Made by a program: the position numbers and the translations under genes. A DNA stretch of 64,000 nt, taken from an uncultured bacterium. GTDB taxonomy: Bacteria > Krumholzibacteriota > Krumholzibacteriia > Krumholzibacteriales > Krumholzibacteriaceae. Positions 29,155 to 38,676 of the stretch are shown piece after piece. Every line of letters begins with the position of its first letter. The stretch's first letter is position 1. The stretch is taken from positions 224,001 to 288,000 of the forward strand of contig CAWBAN010000004.1 in assembly GCA_963786935.1 (NCBI GenBank), given 5' to 3'. The notes under the pieces were generated by a model. That model saw only the letters and a program-made list of their open reading frames with translations. It was not told the origin of the DNA and searched no databases.

Positions 29155-30984
29155 ATGAAGGCGAAAAACAGGATCTCGGCGATCGTCATCGCGGGAAACG
29201 AGGAGCGGAACATCGCGGACTGCCTCGAGAGCGTCGCGTGGGCCGACGAGATCGTCGTCGTCGATTCGGAGAGCGCCGACCGGACCGTCGAAATCGCGAA
29301 GCGTTATACGACGAAGGTGCACGTGCGCGCCTGGGAGGGATACGCGAAACAGAAGGCGTTCGCCCTGCGGGCCGCTTCGAACGAATGGGTGCTGAGCCTC
29401 GACGCCGACGAACGGGTGCAGCCGCGGCTCGCCGAAGAAATCGCCGGCGCCGATCTGGACGGATTCGACGGGTACTATGTCAGGCGCGAAAACTATTTCC
29501 TCGGGCGGAGAATACGGGGATGCGGGTGGGGGAGGGACCGCCAGCTGCGCCTCTTCCGGAAGAGCCGAGCGACGGTGACCGACCGGGCGGTGCACGAGGG
29601 CTTCAGGGTCGAGGGATCCGTCGGCGCGCTCGCCGGCGCCATCACGCACTATTCCTATCGCACGCTGAAAGAGGCGTTCGCGAAGGTGGACGCCTATTCG
29701 ACGCTCGAGGCGGCGGAGAAGGCGGGTCGCATGACGGTGAATCCGCTCACGATGCTCTGCGCGGCGCCGTGCGCCTTCATGCACCATTTCGTCGTCCGCA
29801 GGGGCTTCATCGACGGAACGTACGGCGCGATGGTTTCCTTCATGCACGCGCTCACGAAGCTGCAGGTGCAGATGAAGATCTGGGAGATGCGAAGAAAGGA
29901 GCGGCCGGGACCGGGAGGCTCGTCGATTCGCGGCACCGAACCGAATATCGATCGCGGCCACGTCGGGAAGCTCCTCGTCATCAAGCTTCGCGCGGTGGGG
30001 GACGTGATCCTCTCGACGCCGGTTCTCCCGAATCTCCGCGCGGCGTTCCCCGGCGCGAGGATCGATTTTCTCGTCGAGCGGGGCTGCCGCGACGCGGTCG
30101 AGGGGAACGAGGCGATCGACCGCGTGATCGCGTTCGACAAGCGCGGGACGAACGGGGCGCGGATCCTCCTCGATCTGCGCCGCGCGCGGTACGACCTGGT
30201 CATCGATCTCTTCGGGAATCCCCGGAGCGCGCTCATGACCTTCGCGAGCGGGGCGCGGCATCGGGTCGGATACGATTTCCGCGGGCGCGCGTACGCGTAC
30301 AACATCCTCGTGAAGCCGCGCGGCGCCGAGGTGCACAACGTCGAGTTCAATCTCGACGCGCTGCGGCGGATCGGCGTGGACGTCGTCCATACGTCCCCGC
30401 TGTTTCCCCTGTCGGCGGGGGACCGCGAGTTCGCGCGGCGCGAGGCGGAGCGGCTCGGCTTGACCGGGCGCCTCGCGATCGGCTTCAATCCGGGGACCAA
30501 CCGGCCCGCCGAGCGGTGGCCCGCGGAGCGGTTCGCGGAGCTCGGCCGGCTGCTGGCGAACCGGTTCGGCGCGAGAATTTGCGTCTTCTGGGGGCCGGGG
30601 GAGAAGCCGCTCGCGGAGACGGTCGCCGCGCGGATCGGAGACGCGGCGGTCGTCGCGCCGCCGACGAGCCTGAAGCAGCTCGGCGCGATGTTCGAGCGGT
30701 GCTCCGTCGTCGTGAGCAACGACTCGGGGCCCATGCACATCGCGGCCGCGCTCGGCGCGCCCACGGTCGGCATATTCGGACCGGTGAATCCGCTGCTGCA
30801 GGGGCCGTACGGCGAGAAGGCCCGGTTCGTCCGCGCGGAGGGGTTATCGTGTCTCGGCTGCAATTACGACCGGACCTGTCCTATCGGGAATCCATGCATG
30901 ACGGGGCTGGAGCCTGAAACGGTGGCCGGCGTCGTCGAGGAGCTGATCGTTCGATGCGGTCTCGGAACAAGAGTCGTTCAATGA
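29155..30984 (+). CDS. fused GT2 (WaaE/KdtX-like) and GT9 (heptosyltransferase-like) protein
   Basis: NEERNI..VVDSES.D..LDADE..VHE in the N half; LRAVGDVIL..SNDSGPMHIAAA in the C half; one continuous frame. Confidence 0.88.
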   Translation: MKAKNRISAIVIAGNEERNIADCLESVAWADEIVVVDSESADRTVEIAKRYTTKVHVRAWEGYAKQKAFALRAASNEWVLSLDADERVQPRLAEEIAGADLDGFDGYYVRRENYFLGRRIRGCGWGRDRQLRLFRKSRATVTDRAVHEGFRVEGSVGALAGAITHYSYRTLKEAFAKVDAYSTLEAAEKAGRMTVNPLTMLCAAPCAFMHHFVVRRGFIDGTYGAMVSFMHALTKLQVQMKIWEMRRKERPGPGGSSIRGTEPNIDRGHVGKLLVIKLRAVGDVILSTPVLPNLRAAFPGARIDFLVERGCRDAVEGNEAIDRVIAFDKRGTNGARILLDLRRARYDLVIDLFGNPRSALMTFASGARHRVGYDFRGRAYAYNILVKPRGAEVHNVEFNLDALRRIGVDVVHTSPLFPLSAGDREFARREAERLGLTGRLAIGFNPGTNRPAERWPAERFAELGRLLANRFGARICVFWGPGEKPLAETVAARIGDAAVVAPPTSLKQLGAMFERCSVVVSNDSGPMHIAAALGAPTVGIFGPVNPLLQGPYGEKARFVRAEGLSCLGCNYDRTCPIGNPCMTGLEPETVAGVVEELIVRCGLGTRVVQ

Positions 30985-32237
30985 AGAAGTCGCTCGGCCG
31001 GTCGAAGCCGGCGGCGCGGGGCGCGAAACGGCCGGTCCGCGGAGCGGCGAGGCCGCCCCGCGGCGACAAGCAGCCGGCCAGCGGCGCGGCGGAAGCCCGC
31101 CGGCCTGTCGACTGCCGGCGTTTCACCGGGTACAAGCCGTGCGCCCCGGGCATGCGGTGCCTCGCGGGCTGCCCGGATTTCGAGCCGGTCGGCGCGAGGA
31201 TCCTCATCGTCAATCTCGACGCGATGGGGAACGTCCTCGTGACGACGAGCATTCTCGCGGCGCTCAAGCGAAAATATCCGGCGAGCCGCGTGAGCTGGAT
31301 CACGCTCGGAAACGCCGCGCCGCTCCTGCGCAACAATCAGTACGTCGACGAGATATTCCTCTGGGAGCCGGAGAGCTGGCTCGTTCTCCAGCGCATGACC
31401 TTCGACGTCGCGCTCAACGTGGACAAGTCGCGGCGCTCCGGCGCCTTCGTCGCGAGCGTCGAGGCGAAGGAGAAGCTCGGATTCGGGCTTCACCCGAACG
31501 GGAGCGTCGTTCCGCTCAACGAGGAGGCGGAGGAGAACTACGCGCTCGGCCTCGACGATCATCTGAAATTTCACGTGAACAGGAAAACGGTTCAGCAGAT
31601 CCAGTGCGAGCAGTTCAGGCTCGAGTATCGCCGCGATCCATACGTGCTGCGGCTGACGGAGGCGGAGAAGGCGTTCTGCGCCGAGTACCGGCGGCGTGCG
31701 GGAATCCGCGACGGCGATACGGTCATCGGCTTCAACACCGGCTGCTCCGAGCTCTATCCGAACAAGAAGCTCACGATCGATCAGCACGTCCGGCTCATCC
31801 GGGCGCTCGTGGACGTTCCGAACGTCAAGGTCGTCCTCGTCGGCGGCCCGGAGGACACCAAGCGGAACGCCGAGATCGCCCGGATCGCCGGGGACGCCGT
31901 GATCGACACGCCGACGACCGAAGGGGTGCGGCGCGGCCTCTGCTACATCGACATCTGCGACGCGATCGTCACGGGGGATTCCTTCGGGATGCACGCGTCG
32001 ATCGGGCTCGGAAAGTTCGTCGTCGCGTGGTTCGGCGTCACGTGCCCCCAGGAGATCGATCTCTACGACAACGGCGTCAAGATCGTCCCCGCGGGGCTCG
32101 AGTGCTCGCCGTGTTGGAAGCGCGAGTGTCCGTTCGGCCTCGAGTGCATCGCCTCGGTCGATCTCGGCGCGATCGCGGGACATCTCGAGCGGTTCGCGGC
32201 GGGCCGCCGCGGCGCATCCGGGCGCGGCCGTCTCTGA
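30981..32237 (+). CDS. glycosyltransferase family 9 with Cys-rich N-terminus
   Basis: CRRFTGYKPC..C..C, LDAMGNVL, GDSFGMH, CSPC. Confidence 0.88.
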   Translation: MKKSLGRSKPAARGAKRPVRGAARPPRGDKQPASGAAEARRPVDCRRFTGYKPCAPGMRCLAGCPDFEPVGARILIVNLDAMGNVLVTTSILAALKRKYPASRVSWITLGNAAPLLRNNQYVDEIFLWEPESWLVLQRMTFDVALNVDKSRRSGAFVASVEAKEKLGFGLHPNGSVVPLNEEAEENYALGLDDHLKFHVNRKTVQQIQCEQFRLEYRRDPYVLRLTEAEKAFCAEYRRRAGIRDGDTVIGFNTGCSELYPNKKLTIDQHVRLIRALVDVPNVKVVLVGGPEDTKRNAEIARIAGDAVIDTPTTEGVRRGLCYIDICDAIVTGDSFGMHASIGLGKFVVAWFGVTCPQEIDLYDNGVKIVPAGLECSPCWKRECPFGLECIASVDLGAIAGHLERFAAGRRGASGRGRL

Positions 32238-32258
32238 AACGGAACGGGAAGGGGGCTC

Positions 32259-33290
32259 ATGCCGATGGAGAACATTCTAATCGTCCGCACCGACCGGCTC
32301 GGGGACGTGCTTCTCACGACGCCCGTCTCGACGGCCCTGCGCGCGCGGTTTCCCCGGGCGCAGCTGTCGTGGCTCGTGAGCCCCTATACGGCGCCGCTTC
32401 TCGAACACAATCCCGACGTCGACCGGGTTTTCCTCGACCAGGGGCAGCCGCCGCGCGTCCTCGCCGAAGCGTTTCGCGGCGAGCGCTTCGACGCGGCGAT
32501 CGTCGCGTTCCCGCGGTGGCGGACGATCGCGGCGCTGTGGCTCGCGCGGGTTCCCGCGCGCGTCGGCCCGGCGAACAAAGCGTACTGCGTTCTCCTGAAC
32601 AGGCGCGTCCGGCAGCGCCGCTCGCGCGGGGGGAAGCACGAGGCGGACTGCAACCTCGAGCTCCTCGAGCCGCTCGGCGTCCCGTTCAAGCGATATCCGA
32701 CGAGGTATGTCGCGACCGCCGCGGAGCGGGAAACGGCCCGCCTCGTTCTCGAGGCGAAGGGGATCTCCGGCGGCGCGCCGCTCGCCGTTCTCCATCCGGG
32801 CTCCGGCGGCTCCTCGACGCGATGGCCGCTCGGGCATTTCACGGAGCTGGCGGACCGGCTCATGGCGGACGGGTGCGGCGTCGTCGTGACCGCGGGGCCG
32901 GGGGAGGATCACGCGGGCGCGATGGCCCCGGGGCTCCGCCGTTCCCCCGTGTTCATCGCCGGCGGCAGCCTCGGCATCCGGGAGACGGCCGCGATCCTTT
33001 CCCGCGCCGATCTCGTCGTGACCAATTCCACGGGCCCGCTGCACCTCGCCGTCGCGCTCGGCGTGCGCACGGTGTCGATCTACTCTCCGCTCCCGACGCG
33101 CCACCCGTCGCGCTGGGGACCCTATCCGGCGTACGTCGAGAATGACGATACGCATCGCGTCCTCCTCGCGCCGCTTCGCGGCTCGGGCCGCGCCGCGGGC
33201 GAGGACATGGGAGCGGTCGTCGTGGACGAGGTGTGGCGCCAGTGCAGGGCGCAGCTCGCGGCCGCAGCCGCCCGTCCCGGTTCCGCGTGA
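32259..33290 (+). CDS. glycosyltransferase family 9
   Basis: RTDRLGDVLL, HPGSGGS, NSTGPLHLAVA, WGP. Confidence 0.9.
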   Translation: MPMENILIVRTDRLGDVLLTTPVSTALRARFPRAQLSWLVSPYTAPLLEHNPDVDRVFLDQGQPPRVLAEAFRGERFDAAIVAFPRWRTIAALWLARVPARVGPANKAYCVLLNRRVRQRRSRGGKHEADCNLELLEPLGVPFKRYPTRYVATAAERETARLVLEAKGISGGAPLAVLHPGSGGSSTRWPLGHFTELADRLMADGCGVVVTAGPGEDHAGAMAPGLRRSPVFIAGGSLGIRETAAILSRADLVVTNSTGPLHLAVALGVRTVSIYSPLPTRHPSRWGPYPAYVENDDTHRVLLAPLRGSGRAAGEDMGAVVVDEVWRQCRAQLAAAAARPGSA

Positions 33291-33328
33291 AGAGCCGCTC
33301 GTCCCGCGGCGTCATACGCATGAATTGA

Positions 33329-34792
33329 TTATTCGCTCCGCAGGGCTTCGACCGGATCGACGGCCGCCGCCCTCGACGCCGGATAGTACCCCGCCGCGAC
33401 GCTCACCCCGATCCCGATGCCGAGCGCGATGAGAACGAGCCACGGCGGCATGGCGAAGAGCTCGATCGCCTCGGCCCCCTGGCGCGCCATGATCGTCCGG
33501 GCGACGAGCGACGCCGCGCGGCTGATGATCCAACCGAAGAGGATGCCGAGCGCCGATCCGGCGGCCCCGATGACTCCCGACTCGACGAGGAAGAGGAGCT
33601 TGATGTCCCGCTCGTCGGCGCCGAGCGATTTGAGAATGCCGATCTCCCTCCGGCGCTCGAGAATCGACATGACCATCGTGTTGACGATGCCGAGCGAGGC
33701 GGTGGCGAGCGCGATGAGGCCCACGATTCCGAGAATCAGCTTGAAATAGAAGAAGAACCGCTGCATCTCCTCGAACTGCTCGGCGAAGCTGAAGCTCCTG
33801 AAGCCGAGCGCTTTTACCGAGTCGCTCACGCTCTTGAACGTGACGGCGGGGTCCAGATCGAGCGTCACCCGGGGATAGGATCGCGACGACGCCGCGCCGG
33901 TGAGCGTGAATACGCCGCCGGAGCCGAGCGCGGCGAAGAGATCCGTGGGGTTGTCGCTCAGCCCCGACGATCGCAGGCGGGACGCCGTCGCGACGGGGAC
34001 GACGATCGGCTCGAGCCGCGCCCTTCCGTCGCCCTCGGGCAATACGCCGGCGATGACGAGGGTGTCCAGCACGGTGACGCGGTGATTGAAGAACCCGTCG
34101 ATGAATCGCGAAATCCCCTCGTCGGCGAGCTCCCGCATGCGGGCGTACGCGTAGCGCTTGACGAGAATCGAATCGCGATCGAGCGAGCGGAGCTTGTCCC
34201 GGACGTACCGCTGCGGATCGCGCGGGACGAGCCACGCGAGCCCGCTGTCGATCGTCGCGGCCCGCACCGACAGCACGAACGATTTCCCCACCGCCGAGTC
34301 GGGCCCGGCGATGCCGAACGGCTCGAGGAACGCCGTCGTGACGACGGCCTGCTTCGCGCTGTCCGATTCGAACGCGCGCCCGGCGAGGAAACGGGAGAAG
34401 AGCTTCGTCGAGATCGCCGAGGAGGGGAGCGCCTGCGCCTTGAGGAAGGAGGACGAATCCCCCATGGCGACCGACACCGGGATCGCGTCGAAGGGATAGG
34501 CGAGCCGCACGCCGGGAATCCGCGAGAGCTCGGCGAGGGCCTCCGCGTCGAGCGTCCGGATCGCGGTCGTATCCGACGGAGCGGTGCGGGTCAGCGGATA
34601 GACCTGCATCGTGGTGAAGAGCCCGAGCCGCTCGTACTGCTCGGACATATACTTCTGGTTGCCCGCGCCGAAGGAGACCATCGACACGAACGCGGCGATC
34701 GCGATGACGACGCCCGAGACGGTGAGGGAGGTGCGGAGCCTCATGCGCCGCAGGTTACCCGCCGAGATCGAGATGAAGTCGCGGAGGATCAT
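33329..34792 (-). CDS. MacB/FtsX-like ABC permease
   Basis: LRTSLT..G, GIVNTMVMSILERRREIGILKSLGA, PA.RAA.VDPVEALR. Confidence 0.9.
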   Translation of the reverse strand: MILRDFISISAGNLRRMRLRTSLTVSGVVIAIAAFVSMVSFGAGNQKYMSEQYERLGLFTTMQVYPLTRTAPSDTTAIRTLDAEALAELSRIPGVRLAYPFDAIPVSVAMGDSSSFLKAQALPSSAISTKLFSRFLAGRAFESDSAKQAVVTTAFLEPFGIAGPDSAVGKSFVLSVRAATIDSGLAWLVPRDPQRYVRDKLRSLDRDSILVKRYAYARMRELADEGISRFIDGFFNHRVTVLDTLVIAGVLPEGDGRARLEPIVVPVATASRLRSSGLSDNPTDLFAALGSGGVFTLTGAASSRSYPRVTLDLDPAVTFKSVSDSVKALGFRSFSFAEQFEEMQRFFFYFKLILGIVGLIALATASLGIVNTMVMSILERRREIGILKSLGADERDIKLLFLVESGVIGAAGSALGILFGWIISRAASLVARTIMARQGAEAIELFAMPPWLVLIALGIGIGVSVAAGYYPASRAAAVDPVEALRSE

Positions 34793-35496
34793 CGCCGCGC
34801 CTCCCCCGGGGGGCCGGCCTCCGCCTCGATGCGCCCGTAATGCATCCGCACGATCCGCCCGGCGCTGCGCCTCGCGATTTCGACGTCGTGCGTGACCATG
34901 ACGATCGTGAGGCCTCCGGCGTTGAGACCGGCGAGGAGCGCCACGATCTGGTCGGCGTTCCCGTGGTCGAGATTCCCCGTCGGCTCGTCGGCGAGGAGCA
35001 GCTCGGGGCCCTTGACGAGCGCGCGGGCGAGCGCGACCCGCTGCTGCTCGCCGCCGGAGAGATCGGCGGGCCGGTGATCCATCCGGTCGGCGAGCCCGAG
35101 CCGCTCGAGCATCGCGGCCGCCCGCGCCCGGCGCTCGCGCACCGGGCAACCGTTGAAGTAGAGGGCCAGCTCGACGTTCTCGAGCGCGCTCCGATGATTG
35201 ACGAGGTTGAAAGACTGGAACATCATGCCGATCCGCTGCGCGCGGTACGCGGAGAGCGCCCGGCGCGAAAGGGAATCGAGCCGGACGCCCCTGAACTCGA
35301 TGCCGCCCGACGTGGGCGTATCGAGCCCGGCGATCAGGTTGAGCAGGGTCGACTTGCCCGAGCCGGACGCTCCGATGATCGCGAGGGACTCGCCGGCCCC
35401 CACGCGGATGTCGACGCCGTCGACGGCGCGCACCTCCTGCGGTCCGCGGCGGTACCAGCGGCAGAGCCGTTCGGTTCGGACGATCGTGTCGCTCAT
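34789..35496 (-). CDS. ABC ATP-binding protein (LolD/MacB-like)
   Basis: GASGSGKST, LSGGEQQR, ADEPTGNLD. Confidence 0.92.
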   Translation of the reverse strand: MSDTIVRTERLCRWYRRGPQEVRAVDGVDIRVGAGESLAIIGASGSGKSTLLNLIAGLDTPTSGGIEFRGVRLDSLSRRALSAYRAQRIGMMFQSFNLVNHRSALENVELALYFNGCPVRERRARAAAMLERLGLADRMDHRPADLSGGEQQRVALARALVKGPELLLADEPTGNLDHGNADQIVALLAGLNAGGLTIVMVTHDVEIARRSAGRIVRMHYGRIEAEAGPPGEARR

Positions 35497-35520
35497 CGGG
35501 CGCCGGTCCTTCCCGGGCAG

Positions 35521-35560
35521 AAAAAGGGCCGGGCGCCGTTCATCGCGAGCGCCCGGCCTC
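35521..35560 (-). terminator. rho-independent terminator after the ompA-family gene
   Basis: GGCCGGGCGC stem followed by TTTTT on the minus strand. Confidence 0.7.
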
Positions 35561-35581
35561 GTCGATTCACTTCGGATGGAA

Positions 35582-36250
35582 TCAGCCGGCGGTCTTATCC
35601 TCGGCCGCCTTCTTGAGCTTGTCGTTCGCCATGATGGCGATCTCGACCCGCCGGTTCATCTGCTTTCCTTCGGCCGTATCGTTGCCCGCGACGGGCTGCG
35701 ATTCGCCGTACCCCATCGTCGTGAAGCGCGCCGGAGCGACCGCGAGCCCGGCGAGATAGTTCGACACGGAGGACGCGCGGTTCCGCGAGAGCTCGAGGTT
35801 GTGCTCCTCGGTGCCGTCCGAGTCGGTGTGTCCCTCGATGAGGATGTTCGTGTCGGCGTATTTGTTGAGGATGGTGGCCAGCTTCGTGAGGTTCGCCTGC
35901 GCCTCGGGACGCAGCGCGGCCTTGTTGACGTCGAAGAGAATGCCCGAATCGAACGTGATTTTGATGCCCTCGCCGACACGCTCGATCTTCGCTCCCTCGA
36001 GGTCTTTCTGCATCTCCTCGGCCTGCTTGTCCATGTAGTTGCCGATGTACGCGCCGGCCGCGCCGCCGACCGCGCCGCCGATGATCGCGCCCGCCGCCGT
36101 GTTGCCGGTTTGGTGGCCGATGATCCCGCCGACGGCGGCTCCCGCCATGGTGCCGATGGCCGCGCCCTCGGCGGTCTTGCTCATACCGCAGGATTCATGG
36201 ACCCCCGCGATCATGACGGTCAACAGGAGGAAAACAACGATGTTTCTCAT
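35582..36250 (-). CDS. OmpA family lipoprotein with glycine zipper (YiaD-like)
   Basis: Gly zipper, YMDKQ, GHTDSDG..N..LS..RA, GE..P, NRRVEI. Confidence 0.93.
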   Translation of the reverse strand: MRNIVVFLLLTVMIAGVHESCGMSKTAEGAAIGTMAGAAVGGIIGHQTGNTAAGAIIGGAVGGAAGAYIGNYMDKQAEEMQKDLEGAKIERVGEGIKITFDSGILFDVNKAALRPEAQANLTKLATILNKYADTNILIEGHTDSDGTEEHNLELSRNRASSVSNYLAGLAVAPARFTTMGYGESQPVAGNDTAEGKQMNRRVEIAIMANDKLKKAAEDKTAG

Positions 36251-36313
36251 TTCGCGCCTCCCTTGTTCAATGAATCGACTCGAAGCCATAATTAAACGAC
36301 GCGGCGTTTCTCG

Positions 36314-37504
36314 TCAAGGCGAATCCGCCCGCAGCCGTGCGACGTTCCGCCAAACGGCGACGACGGCGTAGCTCGCGACAATGATCATGAACGGCTCGAG
36401 CGGCAGGCGGTATCGCAACGAGGATACGAACGCCAGATTGGCCGCGGTCGTGTGGAGAACGAGCAGATAGATGTAGATCAGCTCCCGCCGCAGGGGCCAC
36501 GAGAGGACGAGCCCGAGGAGGAAGAGCGCGAGCACCGGCGCGAAGCTGATCACGCTCGCGAGCACCGTGAGCCTCGAGGCGTAGGCGGGATTGTCCGTGT
36601 TCAGCCGCACGTTCCAGAGGCGCTTGAACTTGCTCCACCAGAGTGCGGGCATCCTCCCGGGATTCGCCCGGATCGCGGCGATCGCCTCATGCCGCAGGAA
36701 GCGGTCCTTCTCCGTTTCTCCCATGCCCCTCGTATCGGGGAAGGGGAGTGCGCCGCCGGGGCCGCCCGTCGGGTTGTGCGGGTTGTTCCCTTCGTAGAAG
36801 GTGTATCCGCTCATCGTCGTGAGCGGGACGAATTCGCCGAAGACGCGATAATTTCGAATCATCCAGGGGGCGAGCACGGCGAGGGCGATCGCCGCCGTGA
36901 CGAGCGAGCGCCTGATCGCGTCTTTCGCCGGCATGACGATGAACATCCCCGCGAGCGAGACAATGAGGAAGACGATGAGCTCGGACCGGCAGAGAATCCC
37001 GAGGCCGAAAACGAATCCCGCCCACGCGAACCGTTTGCCGGACAGCGAGAGCATGATGAGCGACAGCAGGAAGATGAAGAGCGTCTCGGTCAAAACGGCG
37101 CCGCTGTAATAGATGAAGAACGGGTATATCGCGCAGGCGGCGAGCGCGATTTTCGCCGCGGCGGTCCCGAACAGCCGCTTCCCGAGCAGATAGACGATCA
37201 GGCAGGTGGCGGCGGAGAGGAAGGCCTGGACGATCCGCACCGCGAGCAGGTTCTCCCTGCCGAAAACGGCGTAGACGAGCGAGAGGAACAGGCTGTAGGC
37301 GGGAGGCCGCAGCGCCTTCGCTCCCTCGTCGAGTATCATGCCGTTTCCCTCGAGAATATTCAGCGCGATGCCGTTCCATTGCCGGGAGTCCGGGAAATAG
37401 AGCTCGTGCCGGTCGAGGGATATTCCCCAGGCGATGCGCAGGGCGAAGGCGGCGATCACCGCCGCGAGAACGAACTTTTCCTTGCCTATGCTCCGGATGT
37501 TCAT
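36314..37504 (-). CDS. ArnT/PMT-like integral membrane glycosyltransferase (GT-C)
   Basis: RPPAY, LTETLF, PWMIRN, RYRLP; many TM helices. Confidence 0.8.
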   Translation of the reverse strand: MNIRSIGKEKFVLAAVIAAFALRIAWGISLDRHELYFPDSRQWNGIALNILEGNGMILDEGAKALRPPAYSLFLSLVYAVFGRENLLAVRIVQAFLSAATCLIVYLLGKRLFGTAAAKIALAACAIYPFFIYYSGAVLTETLFIFLLSLIMLSLSGKRFAWAGFVFGLGILCRSELIVFLIVSLAGMFIVMPAKDAIRRSLVTAAIALAVLAPWMIRNYRVFGEFVPLTTMSGYTFYEGNNPHNPTGGPGGALPFPDTRGMGETEKDRFLRHEAIAAIRANPGRMPALWWSKFKRLWNVRLNTDNPAYASRLTVLASVISFAPVLALFLLGLVLSWPLRRELIYIYLLVLHTTAANLAFVSSLRYRLPLEPFMIIVASYAVVAVWRNVARLRADSP

Positions 37505-37581
37505 TATCACGGTAGTATGCGAATTCCGATTCACTGTCAAGATGTTCGCGTGAAACGATTCCGTGGACGGGGAAACGCCGG

Positions 37582-38676
37582 ATGAAGCTCGCGTTGGTCG
37601 GCATATCGGGCTCGGGGCGCACGACGCTCTTCAACAGCCTCACGGGGCATAGCGCCGCGACGGCGGGCTACGGGGCGTCCGAGGCGAAGCCGAACGTGGC
37701 GATCATCAAGGTTCCCGACCGCCGCGTCGACGAGCTCGTGCGGATTTTCAAGCCGAAGAAGAACACGCACGCGAAGATCCAGTACATGGATTACGTGGGG
37801 CTCACCCGCGGGGACGCCGCGCAGAACGCGAAGGTGATCAAGTTCATCAAGGATTCCGACGCGCTCGTGTACGTCCTGCGCGGCTTCGACGACGACGGCG
37901 TGGCGCACCCGCTCGGCGGCGTCGATCCGGTCCGCGACTTCGACACGCTCGAAGCGGAGCTCGTGCTCTTCGATCTCGACCTCGCCGAGAAGCGCCTGAT
38001 CAACATGGACGAGTCCGCGCGGAAGGGGCACCCGCCGAAAAAAGAGGAGCGCGCCGCCGTCCTCAAGTGCAAAGAAGCTCTCGAGCGCGAGATGCCGCTG
38101 CGCCATCTCGAGTTCGACGAGACGGAGACGAGGGCGCTCAAGCATCTCGAGCTCATCTCGAGATTGCCCGTGATGACGGTGATCAACGCCGGCGAATCGG
38201 ATCTCGAGAGCGCGAGGAGCGCCGCGTGGCGCGACGCGATTCGGAGCAAGATGGCGCGCTTCGATGCGAATCCCCGGGCGCCGATCGTGCTTTCGGGCAA
38301 GATCGAGATGGAGATCGCGCGGCTGCCCGCCGAGGACGCGGCGGACTTCCTCGCCGATCTCGGCGTCGAGATCCCGGCGCGCGAGCGCATGATCAGGGAA
38401 TCCTACGATCTCCTCGGGCTCATCTCGTTCCTGACCGTCGGAGAGGACGAGGTGCGCGCCTGGACCGTCCCGAGGGGGATCGAGGCGCAGGCGGCCGCCG
38501 GCAAGATCCACAGCGACCTCGAACGCGGCTTCATCCGCGCCGAGGTGATCTCATTCGACGATTTCCTGGAGGCGGGAAGCCTCGCCGCCGCGCGCGCGAA
38601 GGGGCTGCTGCGCCTCGAGGGCAAGACGTACGTCGTCCAGGACGGCGACATCATCGATTTCAGGTTCAGCGTATGA
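37582..38676 (+). CDS. ychF: YchF-like ATPase (Obg family)
   Basis: VPDRRV, SFLTVGEDEVRAWT, AAGKIHSDLERGFIRAEV, RLEGKTYVVQDGD; atypical P-loop. Confidence 0.85.
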   Translation: MKLALVGISGSGRTTLFNSLTGHSAATAGYGASEAKPNVAIIKVPDRRVDELVRIFKPKKNTHAKIQYMDYVGLTRGDAAQNAKVIKFIKDSDALVYVLRGFDDDGVAHPLGGVDPVRDFDTLEAELVLFDLDLAEKRLINMDESARKGHPPKKEERAAVLKCKEALEREMPLRHLEFDETETRALKHLELISRLPVMTVINAGESDLESARSAAWRDAIRSKMARFDANPRAPIVLSGKIEMEIARLPAEDAADFLADLGVEIPARERMIRESYDLLGLISFLTVGEDEVRAWTVPRGIEAQAAAGKIHSDLERGFIRAEVISFDDFLEAGSLAAARAKGLLRLEGKTYVVQDGDIIDFRFSV

